IMG/VR virus record: IMGVR_UViG_3300027851_000027
Location: 1-63,688 of that record
Direction: 5' to 3' (one strand)
From: a virus
Taxonomy: Duplodnaviria; Caudoviricetes
Length of the DNA: 63,688 nucleotides
Numbering within the stretch: the stretch's first letter is position 1; each line of letters begins with the position of its first letter. Of this stretch, positions 55,901-63,617 are shown piece after piece. The notes under the pieces were generated by a model. It made no database searches. It was not told the origin of the DNA and saw only the letters and a program-made list of their open reading frames with translations. Both the position numbers and the translations under genes were made by a program.

Positions 55901-56111
55901 CGCGCACCGGGGCGGCAGTCTGAGCGTCTTCCTTTGCGCGGTAGTCGGACAGACCCGCATTGCCGCGGCCAGCGCCGGCCGTCGATGGCGTGACGCCAGC
56001 GGGCAAGTCCTGCTGTGCTGCAGGCTTGTCAGAAAGCCAAAAATCCCCGCCAGATTCGGCAGGGACTGAGGTTTCAGCAGGGGCGTCGTCTTCCCAGAAT
56101 TCTTTTGCCAT
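46953..56111 (-). CDS. Giant polyvalent internal virion (ejection) protein: ParB-like, GNAT-like, zincin peptidase, ADP-ribosyltransferase and LPD38-like domains
   Basis: 3052 aa; LKPTQ...IIDGHH; HEAIAHHG; WFGDSKVVD.DG.P.VVYHGT...GYDGV...QVKSA..N.G.FD; TVDFNRKG...LYAFFNASVQG. Confidence 0.85.
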   Translation of the reverse strand: MAKEFWEDDAPAETSVPAESGGDFWLSDKPAAQQDLPAGVTPSTAGAGRGNAGLSDYRAKEDAQTAAPVRAAWEDHADQLMADTAAPAAKKVSVLEGVQLQPEKSWSFREASETRRAIDDMPVRRGESIATPVPTSAGIGMDIRDSIKNPAARGVVAGFTGLGQVLPGAVEAAADFVGADGVADVAARTARTGRQIAAPLQPKAGNDKLVFDIANSITQTAPTLIIGLGGGPAMTALFGQSAAQEYSQGRASGLDGGTAAARAGVMAGAEVLGERFGFGEQIKILKGLTARIPAEELAPIFARQIMKEIPGEQLTTLVQFLGDKYGPGAQNPEAALSDYLQQAGDTLKVTIGQTAVMGGGPVAISEARKQFARPVDRTPQIEALRKTGDETAAALLERRQNTEMAAFTTERETEALADFGPDLQQRYRDTRMAGAKTGDAVVQTAARWNFEQAAQLAGLSPKAQEAIANKLAEVPADKVPGFIQKAVTGLVNAGQAQPFDGLDTLATTIEQQRDAMLDSVLSTMADIESLEQQDAPKEAGPAAVDTAAAEAQGLGGAGVDGIDQPGAVPALNTEWQQFPEQTGTLNVPRAEMPQVKTAHRGPMVNFLNARGVTHEQVEVDPAELKPTQAEFSQTKVQEAADRDTDRSILISADGHIIDGHHQAIAKLQNGKPVRAIRLNATAEELIPLVHEFPSSTTEQSNVQNAAPGTEAQAAAAPVEAPAPAGINAAAAAGLPAATGAGDVQADGVTDVDPVIARGGRRAGEYLAEKFATDPERAKRVEALRESVRRRLDESVSVIAKERVEMAKSSPSLSQSELLGQNSQPLSEGGKPFKTELAARKEKKLHPDKRVVKSPDGKGFILKPMSAKQIAAQESAARRIRGADTGDKGPLSAHGFILARGGLAKSSMADSGFDKNVRIGNRWLFTDSGKTLAQAGQDLKEAGFITDETENAASDIIRRSIASPQYTAEGWEAVAEAEAQTRFEDHLKAQQESEEDPFASLDDDGYTEDDAQGTGYEQASPEIQAEVAALSAQLEAMGEDSETILERVALQYPDATQQEYHEHVKAAITAAVAEAAKPAGRGDPGQDDGEQGQAREGTGESLTDRPDETLSVRGDTKALRERLTAAGIPAKSILPSATGVVVGRTQAQKARDLLEPAEQSAYSPTILDTKTRRSLALQELGDDWTAEKGIEGAKDLFKRIAKLQDGGRLEMSIMPQRTTDGNFYVGSYQKGGIRKGTGSNDSSAKTLAEAKAIADAMLQKQVDYLTLGDRRKERRERLTGQDRWQYGTPLKGQPENQTKAMRQVVDYMNGDITRTALLDHLEKSGLQEGVMFSITQRLEDDAPNFGEMAAMLKRREDAALKSPTRADIEAQQERVSRADELDARAQVKRESESGADSFTLTVEDGRDGGTKPMFSRSADPLAILSETDDLYSMPKSDKDTIEGITADHDPEIKVRKTDLPGNETMYTLTMPDGTPARITVRKSGPRSVYGAETDADNNTTWETGRPGENPEDVPDDMEDVWIDVSNLKPGQNGARVYNIAATFAHNTGRMFIGDPAGLSDEAMRRRAEHMLSSALKFGTTRHLAPHPRQTDGATGLGIPALKWVYGDDVGNIQRLVELNVKALDSAYPEAAQLTYDPESGTFSADDKKRLDPAGVKDLFSGGPIADRRGAGRRAAFAGAGWRTIARGAVFRSLLRGRGTGGDGSGRAGAGESLLDQLVRQRAQLASTSKDERIFYSRPLTAELFRQMTTPMQRGMKTADLQKAIAPVLKRWENGPNVTVVATTKDLPMPAPGDVHGVYFGGKVYLVAQNIRDKAKAMEVLTHEAIAHHGLREMLGKDDWKKFMGNIQLALKTGNKPLAAIRKDVRAAYVDDAGKFNLSEMQEADEIAAKVVEQAVDADGNFRPGFWFVKSVYAKVVEFLRSIGIDVKMTHAELQGALVNAQRFLEVGKKADSARAAKEPVFMREDQTQTPAFRAWFGDSKVVDADGNPQVVYHGTDGAFNKVNFKKGAQGLFWFTSDRASIESGDAGAQGSKNIMELYAKIENPAGWKEYDKYGVDELERMGYDGVVLPESDGSFTGFIFKDATQVKSATKNRGAFDPQNPDIRFSRTAKAPASIEAEKAAGAAKPAQAEMFQPGFWDAPQETRLDNIVYELQDGRIDLKRVQEAITKANTIPEKFDARLQETLYPGRVATRAKQFLDDEAKPLLDAMARNNVTMVDLADYLHARHAEERNKQIAKVNPDLPDGGAGKNSKGVLMTTEAAKQHIAALSEGKRMVLTAMAKRVDAITQGTTKLLVDEGLEKQETIDAWTGAYKSYVPLFRDEAENGNQHPTGSGMSVRGGSSKRAVGSTKQATNILAHVLMQREAAITRAEKNRVAVALYGLALTNPNPDFWTTIKPGMRPEAIGRELQRMGVDPTVAEAGMMGVPTIKTVDPTLGRVVSRPNPMYKSLPGAIVLKVNGEDRVLMVNVNDPRGLRMAENLKNMDGLTKFDIAGSIVGKTTRWLASVNTQYNPAFGLVNLTRDTLGGAINLSSTKLRGKTLKVLAMTPGALKGIGLELSGKKSGEWGRLFRQFQQDGGQTGYREMFKDANDRAKALEAELKAMEKAGKLTTDKVAGKVLGALDIFNTTLENAVRLAAYREALQEGMSRPEAARLGRELTVDFNRKGRMGRELGPLYAFFNASVQGSARTLQTLAGPDGAKIIAGGVSLGVLQAVMLLAAGYDDDEIPEFVKSRAIIIPLGTDDEGKKRYFTIPLPLGLHVLPNTGRVLAELTMDGGKDAITKGFAAVGEIAGAFNPLGGGNIFTADGALRTVAPTVIDPVIEVLSNKNFAGAAIEREGYGNDPRPGFERAREGTLRAPTGQAYLEISRILNKVSGGDEYEAGRVSPTPEMVRYLAQVVGGGLLREIEKTVNTSIAMSKGEDTKPTGLPVFGRFYGEVDDASVQRSRYYDNLTAIEKAEKLIRAAEKKGDLDAADRIEADKPEAMLKKEKNRVVKDLRELNKEAMETVGDSEAIKALDEERTAVMRDLNEAAAEIDAPRRDATLGEKLRKSLAAAP

Positions 56112-56114
56112 GGC

Positions 56115-57647
56115 TTACTGCTTGATGCGGACGGACCCGTCAGGGGCGGTGTAGCGCGTGCCCTTGGGCAGCGCCGCGTGTTCTGCGGCTGTCGTGACAG
56201 TCACCGGGCCAGCTTGTCGCGCGGGTTGTTGCGCAGAAGACAGGCCGGCGCCCTGCCCTTCGATGTTCGCAAGCTGGCGCTGCATGTTCGCGACGTGATC
56301 GGCCAGCATCTGCTTGGAGGCTTGATCGGGAACCTTGGCGATGTCGGCCGTCGCCGCGGCAATCTCGCGCCGGATCGCAGCCGGGTCTGCGCCCATGCCG
56401 CCCTGAACCTGCTTTGCCATGTCGCGCTCGCTGGCGTTAGGAGCTTTTGAAGAACCGAGTCCATGGCCTTTCGCTCCAGCGCCTTCAGCCAGCATCGACT
56501 GATAGGTTTTGCGCTCTTCGCCGTACTGCTTGATCGCATCCCGGATGGACTGCAGCTCTTCGTGCTGCGGCGTGCCGGGCTTGGCGTTCGCGTAGGCGCG
56601 CTCCTTCAGCAGGGTGTTCAGCGTCTTCTGGGCCTCGGACTGGCGTCGGCCGGCATCGCTGAACAGCGAGGTGTAGCGCAGGCGCTCTTCACGGCCGATT
56701 TCCTTGTCGCCTCCGGTCTGGCGCCGGTAGTCGATGGTCTTGCGCTCTTCATCACCGCGGGCCTTGATTTCCGCAAAGGTCAGTTCGCTCTTGGCGCCGG
56801 CCTTCTCAAGTTCGCGCTCGAACTTCATGTTTTCGTTCAGCCATCCGAGCTTCGTCTTGAAGTCCACCCGGGCGGAATCGCGCACCCACTGCTCGGCGCC
56901 GCGCTCGCTGTTCTCGTAGTTGCCGACGATCTTGGTTTCCCCGCTGGGCAGCACGACCTTGAATGAAACCGTCTTGCCATTCTGCGAAATAGCGGGCTCA
57001 ACCTGCATTCCCTGCAGTCCTGGCGCGTTGGATTTCGTCAGCGCTTCGGAGGCGCGCGCAGACCAGTCCGGGCCGGACGATGCGATGCTGAGGATCTGGC
57101 GGTTGAACAACTCGTTCACCTGGGCAATCTCTTCGTCCTTCAGCGCCTTCTGGGTCTTGGCAGCGGTCGATGCGCTGTCGGCCAACTTCAGGCCGCGCTC
57201 GGCGTCGATGGGCATCGCGGCTTCGCTCATGCGACCCAGCGTGGCCGGCGTGCTGTTGTACTGCTGCTCTGCGGCCTGTGCCTGCTTCGGATCGCGATAG
57301 GCGGTGTCTTGCACGCGGGTTGCGCTGGCGAGGCTCGGGCGCTGATCGGCCACCATGTCGCCCATGACGGCCGCGGCGTCGGCATCCTTCGTGAACGCAT
57401 TGCTCCCGGCGTCGTCGGTCACCTGATACCCGGCGTCCACCTGGGCCGGTCGGGCGGCTGCGGCCAGCGATGTTTTGAGCTGCTGCTTCTGGGCGCGATC
57501 TTCTCGGATGGCGGATCGCTGCTCGTTCTGCCATGCGATATCTTCGTCCTCTCGCGACAGGCGGCGCTTCTTTTCCACCTCGTTGTCGTAGGTTTTCAAA
57601 CCGGCTGTGCCCATGTTGGCCAACCCCAATACCAATGCTGCACCCAT
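56115..57647 (-). CDS. Internal virion protein
   Basis: Helical; C-terminal LPKGTRYTAPDG motif; precedes giant protein. Confidence 0.7.
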   Translation of the reverse strand: MGAALVLGLANMGTAGLKTYDNEVEKKRRLSREDEDIAWQNEQRSAIREDRAQKQQLKTSLAAAARPAQVDAGYQVTDDAGSNAFTKDADAAAVMGDMVADQRPSLASATRVQDTAYRDPKQAQAAEQQYNSTPATLGRMSEAAMPIDAERGLKLADSASTAAKTQKALKDEEIAQVNELFNRQILSIASSGPDWSARASEALTKSNAPGLQGMQVEPAISQNGKTVSFKVVLPSGETKIVGNYENSERGAEQWVRDSARVDFKTKLGWLNENMKFERELEKAGAKSELTFAEIKARGDEERKTIDYRRQTGGDKEIGREERLRYTSLFSDAGRRQSEAQKTLNTLLKERAYANAKPGTPQHEELQSIRDAIKQYGEERKTYQSMLAEGAGAKGHGLGSSKAPNASERDMAKQVQGGMGADPAAIRREIAAATADIAKVPDQASKQMLADHVANMQRQLANIEGQGAGLSSAQQPARQAGPVTVTTAAEHAALPKGTRYTAPDGSVRIKQ

Positions 57648-57681
57648 GATGAGGTCCTTCTCTTTCGTGTTCTTGCTGGGG

Positions 57682-58545
57682 TTATCGAGCTGCGGCTCTT
57701 CCGGCTGCTTGTCCAGCCAAACCGAACATGGCTCCAGATGCCTGACCCCATTCATCAGCCTCTCTCTGCTGCGAGGAAATCAGCAGGCGGTTCGCTCCGC
57801 TCATGCTGTTTTGGTAATCCTGCAGCGCGTTGCCCATCAACTGCGTCGATTGGTTGGCTGCATTGACCGGGGCATAGGCAGCGCTCACGGCGCCATTTCC
57901 TGCCTGTGTGGCGGTGCTTGCTGCTGTGGCCTGAGCGCTGGCCAATCCGCGCCCGAGGCTGGCGGCATCCATCTTGCGGGCAAATCCTTGGGTTTCGATC
58001 TTGTCGCGCGCCGCGGTTGCGGCAGACCCTTTGGCCGATGCTGCGGCAAGGCTCATCTGGTTGTTCATGGCCAGTGAATTGCCGCTGCTCGGGTTCACGC
58101 CCATGCGCTGCTGATTACGCACCATGGCCTGGCGCTCGCCGTCTATCTGCAGACCGACATCGGCAACCGCCTTGCCGGCTTCAGCCTCGCGACGTGCTGG
58201 CGTGTCGTACTCGTTTGCGTTCTTGACGATGGAGTTTTCCAGCGGCCAGAACACCGACTTGTTGCGCGTGTGGTACTCGCCGGAAATCTGGCGCTGCTGA
58301 TCCATCAGAGCAACCTGCGAGTTCGCGACCTTGCCGGCGATGGCGTTGGCTTGCCGCTGAAGGCCTGCGCTCTGAGCGTCCCTTTCGCGGTAGTAATCCA
58401 GCGTCTCGCGCGCCAACTCCCTGTCTTGGTCAGCCCCTGCAGCCGCTGTTTGCTGTGCATTCTTGCTGGCTTTGCTGGCCTTGTTCGAGGAATAGAGACC
58501 TCCAACAACACTTACAGCAGCCACACCAACGTTCCACCATGCCAT
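57682..58545 (-). CDS. Internal virion/DNA pilot-like protein
   Basis: Hydrophobic Gly/Ala N-terminus, A/Q/S-rich helices, RMGVNPSSG. Confidence 0.7.
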   Translation of the reverse strand: MAWWNVGVAAVSVVGGLYSSNKASKASKNAQQTAAAGADQDRELARETLDYYRERDAQSAGLQRQANAIAGKVANSQVALMDQQRQISGEYHTRNKSVFWPLENSIVKNANEYDTPARREAEAGKAVADVGLQIDGERQAMVRNQQRMGVNPSSGNSLAMNNQMSLAAASAKGSAATAARDKIETQGFARKMDAASLGRGLASAQATAASTATQAGNGAVSAAYAPVNAANQSTQLMGNALQDYQNSMSGANRLLISSQQREADEWGQASGAMFGLAGQAAGRAAAR

Positions 58546-58546
58546 A

Positions 58547-59143
58547 TCAGGCCTCCAGTTCTTTCAAGGCGGCACCTGACCGCAAAAGTTGTGCGTTCTT
58601 CGGCCCGCCGCCGAGTTCATCAGCGGTCGAAGTCGTGTAGCGCTCCGCAAGCACAGAAAGGTCTTGCTCGTTGTCAGGGTTGCTGTGAATGTTCGTCCAC
58701 GTTGCATCCTCGATCACCGTGACTGCATTCTTGGTTCCAGGCTCGCAGATGAACGTATCGCCGGCATGCACCAGCTCTGCACCGTCCTCGGTCGCAACAG
58801 CGATCACGCCCTTTGAAACGATGATGAGGTTCTGCTCTCTGTGCACGGCTCCCATGACGACAGAATCCTTTTTCAGGTTGATCTGTCGCGCGTACACCCC
58901 TGGGACAAAGTAATGAGAGAGTCCGCAGTCGATCTGAGGGAGTTGCTCAAGCACATCCTGCAACCGGTTCAAGCGGTCCATGTGCCTCGCCTTGCGCCGG
59001 CTCACAGCGAACTCGATGCGCGCGGCGAGTTCTGGCGTGATCGTCTGACCCAAGCATTCAGACAGAAGCTCCCGAATGTCGTTCTGCTGCGGCATCGCAA
59101 GGATGGACTGCAGATCGGTGTCGGTGGCGCTGTCTGTTTGCAT
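58547..59143 (-). CDS. Cupin-fold protein
   Basis: HYFVPGVYAR...G..H...N....KG...PGTK...ED..W.N.H.N. Confidence 0.65.
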   Translation of the reverse strand: MQTDSATDTDLQSILAMPQQNDIRELLSECLGQTITPELAARIEFAVSRRKARHMDRLNRLQDVLEQLPQIDCGLSHYFVPGVYARQINLKKDSVVMGAVHREQNLIIVSKGVIAVATEDGAELVHAGDTFICEPGTKNAVTVIEDATWTNIHSNPDNEQDLSVLAERYTTSTADELGGGPKNAQLLRSGAALKELEA

Positions 59144-59182
59144 GCTCTATATCCTCTTGGATGGCGGCGGAAAAGTCACGCT

Positions 59183-59761
59183 TTACGGTGTCGCAGGTGC
59201 GCGGAGCTGGTCGGCCTCTGCCCGGCTGCGGTTGGCTTCATCGGGCCGGGTGCCTGACAGGTCGCGGATCAGGTTGTTGTTCTCGCGCTGCTCGGTGGTG
59301 GCGCGGTTGGTGCTCAGGCGGAAGCGCTCGTTGTCGGCTTCCATCTGGCGCTGGAATCGAGCGCCGGCCCGGTTCTCACGGTAGAGCTCGACGCCGAGAT
59401 TCAGGATGTTCGACTCGCCCAGCATCAGTTCCACGGCGCCCTTCTTGCGCGCGACGGTGCAACCGATCTTCGGGCCGCCCTGGCCGGCTTTGAAGGCCAT
59501 GATCAGTGTGGCGCCGTACTGGGTTTCCTTGCTGCCGCTGGACAGGCCAGCCTGCAGGGCCTCGCTTTCGGCTTTGGCGGCGTCCGCCTGCGCCTTCACT
59601 TCGGCGCGGCAGTGGGTCAGGTAGTTCTTGTAGTCCGTGTCCGGTCCGGTCAGCACGTCAGAGACAGCGGCCACGCCAGTGGTGAGGGCTTCGCCACCTG
59701 GGATGCCGGCGCAGCCGGTGAGGCCAAGCGCGAGGGCCGCGAGAATCAGAAAACGTTTCAT
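59183..59761 (-). CDS. Lipoprotein in lysis cassette (spanin candidate)
   Basis: MKR-hydrophobic-LTGC lipobox; coiled-coil segments. Confidence 0.65.
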   Translation of the reverse strand: MKRFLILAALALGLTGCAGIPGGEALTTGVAAVSDVLTGPDTDYKNYLTHCRAEVKAQADAAKAESEALQAGLSSGSKETQYGATLIMAFKAGQGGPKIGCTVARKKGAVELMLGESNILNLGVELYRENRAGARFQRQMEADNERFRLSTNRATTEQRENNNLIRDLSGTRPDEANRSRAEADQLRAPATP

Positions 59762-59763
59762 GG

Positions 59764-60129
59764 TCAGTCCTTCGGGGTTGTGGTTGGGGTGATGAATCGG
59801 CAGTACACGCGGCGTTCCCAGCGGTCTTTGCAGGTGGTGCCGGCGCAAGACTTGATCTCAACGGGAAGCCACTGCAGGTTGAAAATCGCATCGGCGCCCC
59901 CGCAAATTAATGGCACCACATGGTCAAGGTGCCACCGCGGGCATGCGCCAGACTGAAGCCCGGTAGACGGGCACGGGTGGATGCGCTGGAACTCACGCAG
60001 CACGGCGCGCGAGCGCTTGATCGATCCGTCTGCATCGCGCTCCGGTGGACCGCCGTAGCGCGGGTCTTGCGCCAGCGCCAGCGAAGCAACCAGCAGCAGG
60101 AAGACCAGCAGAGTGATGGCTCGGGTCAT
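59764..60129 (-). CDS. HNH-motif protein with N-terminal signal peptide
   Basis: LLVFLLLVASLALA then DHVVPL.CGGAD...NLQWL.....KD.WE. Confidence 0.7.
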   Translation of the reverse strand: MTRAITLLVFLLLVASLALAQDPRYGGPPERDADGSIKRSRAVLREFQRIHPCPSTGLQSGACPRWHLDHVVPLICGGADAIFNLQWLPVEIKSCAGTTCKDRWERRVYCRFITPTTTPKD

Positions 60130-60551
60130 GGCGCTGTCAACACGGATGTGTCGTGCATCTGCATGTAGGTGCCGCCGAACCAGCGCACAGCAGCATAGAC
60201 CCACTGCGCACGCACGGCCTCCCAGCGCGCGCCGTCTTTGATCAGGATGTCTCGCAGCAGGCGGTCGGCGATCACGCGGTCATCCGTGGCCACCACGCCG
60301 AGGCGGATCAACTGGTACAGCGCGTCATGCACCAGGCTCGCGCGAACGAAGCTCTTGGTGTTGATGGCCGGGCCGCTGGCGCCGTCCCATGCGTAGCCGG
60401 CCTTGACGAACAGAACACCATCGTTTCCCATCGTCACAAAGCGGTTTCCACCGGGCGCAATGGGCTTGATGCCAGTAGGCCACTCGAAGTTTTCCTCGGT
60501 CTGGTAGAGGTAGCCTTCGGTGTAGTGGACGAGCTGTAGGTCCTCTGTCAT
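60126..60551 (-). CDS. DUF1353-family protein
   Basis: GYAWDGAS...ASLVHDALY...AD.L...Y.AVR.FG. Confidence 0.8.
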   Translation of the reverse strand: MTEDLQLVHYTEGYLYQTEENFEWPTGIKPIAPGGNRFVTMGNDGVLFVKAGYAWDGASGPAINTKSFVRASLVHDALYQLIRLGVVATDDRVIADRLLRDILIKDGARWEAVRAQWVYAAVRWFGGTYMQMHDTSVLTAP

Positions 60552-61057
60552 CAGGACCTCCCCACGAATTGCACCGCCTGGGCGTAGAAGCCGGGCCATG
60601 TCTCAGGGTGGAACTTGCCCGGTCGCCATGTGCGCCGATACAGCCGGCGCGCGCCATCCTCATCACCCAGCACCGGAAGGCGCTTCGGATCAGTGAACAG
60701 GAGCAGGCGGGCGGCAGCAGCGGCCAGGATGTCGTCGGTCTTGAGCGCGTTCCACAGGGCGGTTGCGTTGAACTTCACACCGCGGACTTGGCAAACGCTG
60801 TGCATCCAGTACCGGCTTGCCTCGTGGTTCACTACTCCGGTCGCGCCGCCGCCGCGCTCGAACTGCCACAGGCCCTTCGCCGGCCCGGTAGGTGTCGGCG
60901 GGTTGCCGACCAACTGCTGGCGGTGCTTGAATCGACTCTCCTGCAGCCCGATGGCCAACATCATCACGCGGGCTTCTGGTGTGTCCATGCGGGCCGGAAG
61001 CAGCGCCAACGCGGCGTCGATGGCGATCAGTGCGTCGGATGGGATTGGCGTGCTCAT
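60551..61057 (-). CDS. Putative endolysin (lysozyme-like fold)
   Basis: AIGLQESRF catalytic-Glu motif, GLWQFE, Y.RTWRPG; follows holin-like genes. Confidence 0.7.
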   Translation of the reverse strand: MSTPIPSDALIAIDAALALLPARMDTPEARVMMLAIGLQESRFKHRQQLVGNPPTPTGPAKGLWQFERGGGATGVVNHEASRYWMHSVCQVRGVKFNATALWNALKTDDILAAAAARLLLFTDPKRLPVLGDEDGARRLYRRTWRPGKFHPETWPGFYAQAVQFVGRS

Positions 61058-61431
61058 GGCTTGTCGTCCAAGTCGGCCCAGTCGCTTTTCAGCATGTCGG
61101 CCATGTCGTCAGCGAGACGAACGGATTTCTTGCTGCTGCCTTCCCGGCTGCGGCGCAGGTTGCCCAGCAGGTGAGCGCGCCAGACGATGCCGGCGCAGGT
61201 GATGGCCAAGCCAACCCGCAGCGACAGACCGGCGTTCACCCAGCCCTGTGCTGGTGCGTGCTCCTGCATCGACATGATCAAGCTGGCCAGCAGCGACATG
61301 CATACGAATATGAGGCCGATCTTGATGACAACGCCCTCTCTGATGTCGTTGCGCATGATCACCGCCACCAGTACCGCGACCACGAACATGCTCGAAAGCA
61401 CGCTGATCATTTGCATGGTTGGAGACAGCAT
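61054..61431 (-). CDS. Membrane protein (holin/antiholin-like)
   Basis: Three hydrophobic segments, charged tail. Confidence 0.65.
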   Translation of the reverse strand: MLSPTMQMISVLSSMFVVAVLVAVIMRNDIREGVVIKIGLIFVCMSLLASLIMSMQEHAPAQGWVNAGLSLRVGLAITCAGIVWRAHLLGNLRRSREGSSKKSVRLADDMADMLKSDWADLDDKP

Positions 61432-61432
61432 G

Positions 61433-61798
61433 TCAGTCTCCTTTCTTGGACCAAGGGAGGATGTCTGACAGCTTGGTGGTGCGGATCAATTCCACCGCCC
61501 GTTCACGACTGGCGTCAACGAGGTTGAGCCCGAACAGGCCGAGTGCAAAGGCCATCACGGACATCATCTCCGGATCGCTGATCGCAAACCACGCCGCGAG
61601 GGCTGGCGTACCGATGCCCGAGATGACCATTCCGCTCATCGCATTGAAGTACCGCACGCGCCACGTAGCGCCCGGGATGCCTCGAAGGGAAATCACGGCA
61701 CCGACAAGCCCGATGAAGAAGTGGCTTTGAAAGACCTTGAGGACGAATGCGCCGATGGCACTCATGGCGGTGTAGAAGCTGTTCGGGTCTTCGTTCAC
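61433..61798 (-). CDS. Putative holin (allele B)
   Basis: Protein identical to 32..397 despite many silent changes. Confidence 0.7.
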   Translation of the reverse strand: MNEDPNSFYTAMSAIGAFVLKVFQSHFFIGLVGAVISLRGIPGATWRVRYFNAMSGMVISGIGTPALAAWFAISDPEMMSVMAFALGLFGLNLVDASRERAVELIRTTKLSDILPWSKKGD

Positions 61799-62148
61799 AG
61801 CCCGCCCTCCGGCCATACCATCGGCGGAAGTTCGGCGATGAACGCTTCAGGAGTCGGCATGGTGCGAGCTCCGGCCATCACGTCCGCAAGCACTTGCCTC
61901 CCTGCCGAGTAGCAGGATTCCATCCACAGCGCGAAGGCCTGACCTTCGGCCTGCAGCGGTCCCGGGTAGCCGGCGCGCAGAGTGCAGGTCACGCGGTTGT
62001 CGTAGCCGCGCATCTTTGCCGTGGCGTCGATGAATGCGTCCAGCGTGGCGGTGTACTGGGCCTGCAGGTCAGCAGGTGACGGTGGCACAACCGGTAGATC
62101 GGCGTGCTCGGTGGTTTCACCCGTCTGGGCGTTGTATTCGTAGCGCAT
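61795..62148 (-). CDS. Tail fibre chaperone-like protein (allele B)
   Basis: Near-identical to 394..750. Confidence 0.7.
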   Translation of the reverse strand: MRYEYNAQTGETTEHADLPVVPPSPADLQAQYTATLDAFIDATAKMRGYDNRVTCTLRAGYPGPLQAEGQAFALWMESCYSAGRQVLADVMAGARTMPTPEAFIAELPPMVWPEGGL

Positions 62149-62150
62149 GG

Positions 62151-63617
62151 TCAGCTCCACGTCGCCCAGATATCGCCAGCATCGAGAGTGTCAGCCCCGG
62201 AGCGAGACAGCGCGATGCGATCCAGTGCGCCGGGAAGGTCGATGTAACCCGTGGTCCAGCACAGTCCGCCTGCCACGCGTGATGTCAGCCCCTGACATTC
62301 CCACCGGTTTGTGCCGGGCTTTCTGAACAGCGTTACCGTCCCGCGCATCGTGGTTGCGGCTGCATTTATGGATACCGGGAATCCAGCAGTGATGGCACCT
62401 GAGAATGTCCCGGCGAATATGTCATAGGACGCAGATTCAGCGTACCCGGTGACAACTACACCAGCAGATGTTCCGGCCTGTACCAGCATGGGCTGAGTGC
62501 CAGTGGTGCTCACCGCATCCAGATGCAGTTCCACGCTGGTTGCGTAAGCCGGGATGCCTGTGATGACATGAGACGTCCCCGACGTGGTGGCGACGACAGC
62601 AGAAACCTGGCGTTTTGCCTGGATCCACTCGGTGCCGTTCCACGCCTCGTTGCAGCCCAGCGTTGAGTTGAACCGCGTGTATCCAGCGGCCGGAGATCCA
62701 TCGCGCTGCGCCGTGGTGCCGGATGGAAGCTTCGCGCTTCCCGTGGCACTGGTGATGCCGACCACTTCGCTGACTCTCGGGGCCTGCGATCCTGTGGCGC
62801 CAGCCGGGACAACCGGCGAACTGCCGAAAGTTTTTATCCCGTTGATGGTCTGATCGCCAGCAAGAAGCGCAACCTCGGAAGCCCGGGGAACGTTTGACCC
62901 GGTTGCTCCAGCCGGAACAGCCAGCGTGCCCGTCATGGTCACGCCACCCGTCAGCGGAACCACCTCAGATGCACGAGGCACGTTGGAGCCAGTGGCTCCT
63001 GCAGGGACAGCAAGCGTACCGGTCATCGTCACGCCGCCAGCCTTGGGCACGAACAGCGCAGGGTCGAACGTCGCCGCTGTAACCGCGCTGGCTGCAGCCT
63101 CTGCAGCCTTGGTGGTTGCGATGACGGCCTGAGCTGTTGCGATCACCGCCTGAGCCGTCGCGTCATCCTCGGAAGACTGCGCAGCATCGCGCGCCGCCAG
63201 CGTCACGTCCCGAGCTTCCAGCGTGGTGTCCATGGCCGCGACAGCCGACTGCTTGGCCTCGATGGCCGCGTCCATCTGCGTCTGGAAGTCGGGCTTCCCG
63301 GGGTACGGCGGCAGCATGGCGATGTCGTGCAAGAACGCCGCAGCCTCGTTCGGTACCGATGCCGTGATGCGCTGCGTCTTGCCCGTTGTGCTACGCATCT
63401 TCACGTCGTAAACCGATTCCGTTGTGCCGAGTTGGTTCGGCCACAGATCGATCACGCAGGACCCGGTTTCATCCGCAATGCCGCTCACCCGCTCGGGGAC
63501 CACGAAGCCTTCATAGACCTCGTACCGGTTCAGGCTGAATTCGAACGAAGCGCCAGGTTCTGGCTCTCCATCCTGGCCGTGCATGGTGCACGTCACTGAG
63601 CAAACTGGAAGACTCAT
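62151..63617 (-). CDS. Tail fibre protein (allele B)
   Basis: 488 aa; third repeat replaced by GDQTINGIKTF unit; substitutions cluster in C-terminal domain. Confidence 0.85.
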   Translation of the reverse strand: MSLPVCSVTCTMHGQDGEPEPGASFEFSLNRYEVYEGFVVPERVSGIADETGSCVIDLWPNQLGTTESVYDVKMRSTTGKTQRITASVPNEAAAFLHDIAMLPPYPGKPDFQTQMDAAIEAKQSAVAAMDTTLEARDVTLAARDAAQSSEDDATAQAVIATAQAVIATTKAAEAAASAVTAATFDPALFVPKAGGVTMTGTLAVPAGATGSNVPRASEVVPLTGGVTMTGTLAVPAGATGSNVPRASEVALLAGDQTINGIKTFGSSPVVPAGATGSQAPRVSEVVGITSATGSAKLPSGTTAQRDGSPAAGYTRFNSTLGCNEAWNGTEWIQAKRQVSAVVATTSGTSHVITGIPAYATSVELHLDAVSTTGTQPMLVQAGTSAGVVVTGYAESASYDIFAGTFSGAITAGFPVSINAAATTMRGTVTLFRKPGTNRWECQGLTSRVAGGLCWTTGYIDLPGALDRIALSRSGADTLDAGDIWATWS

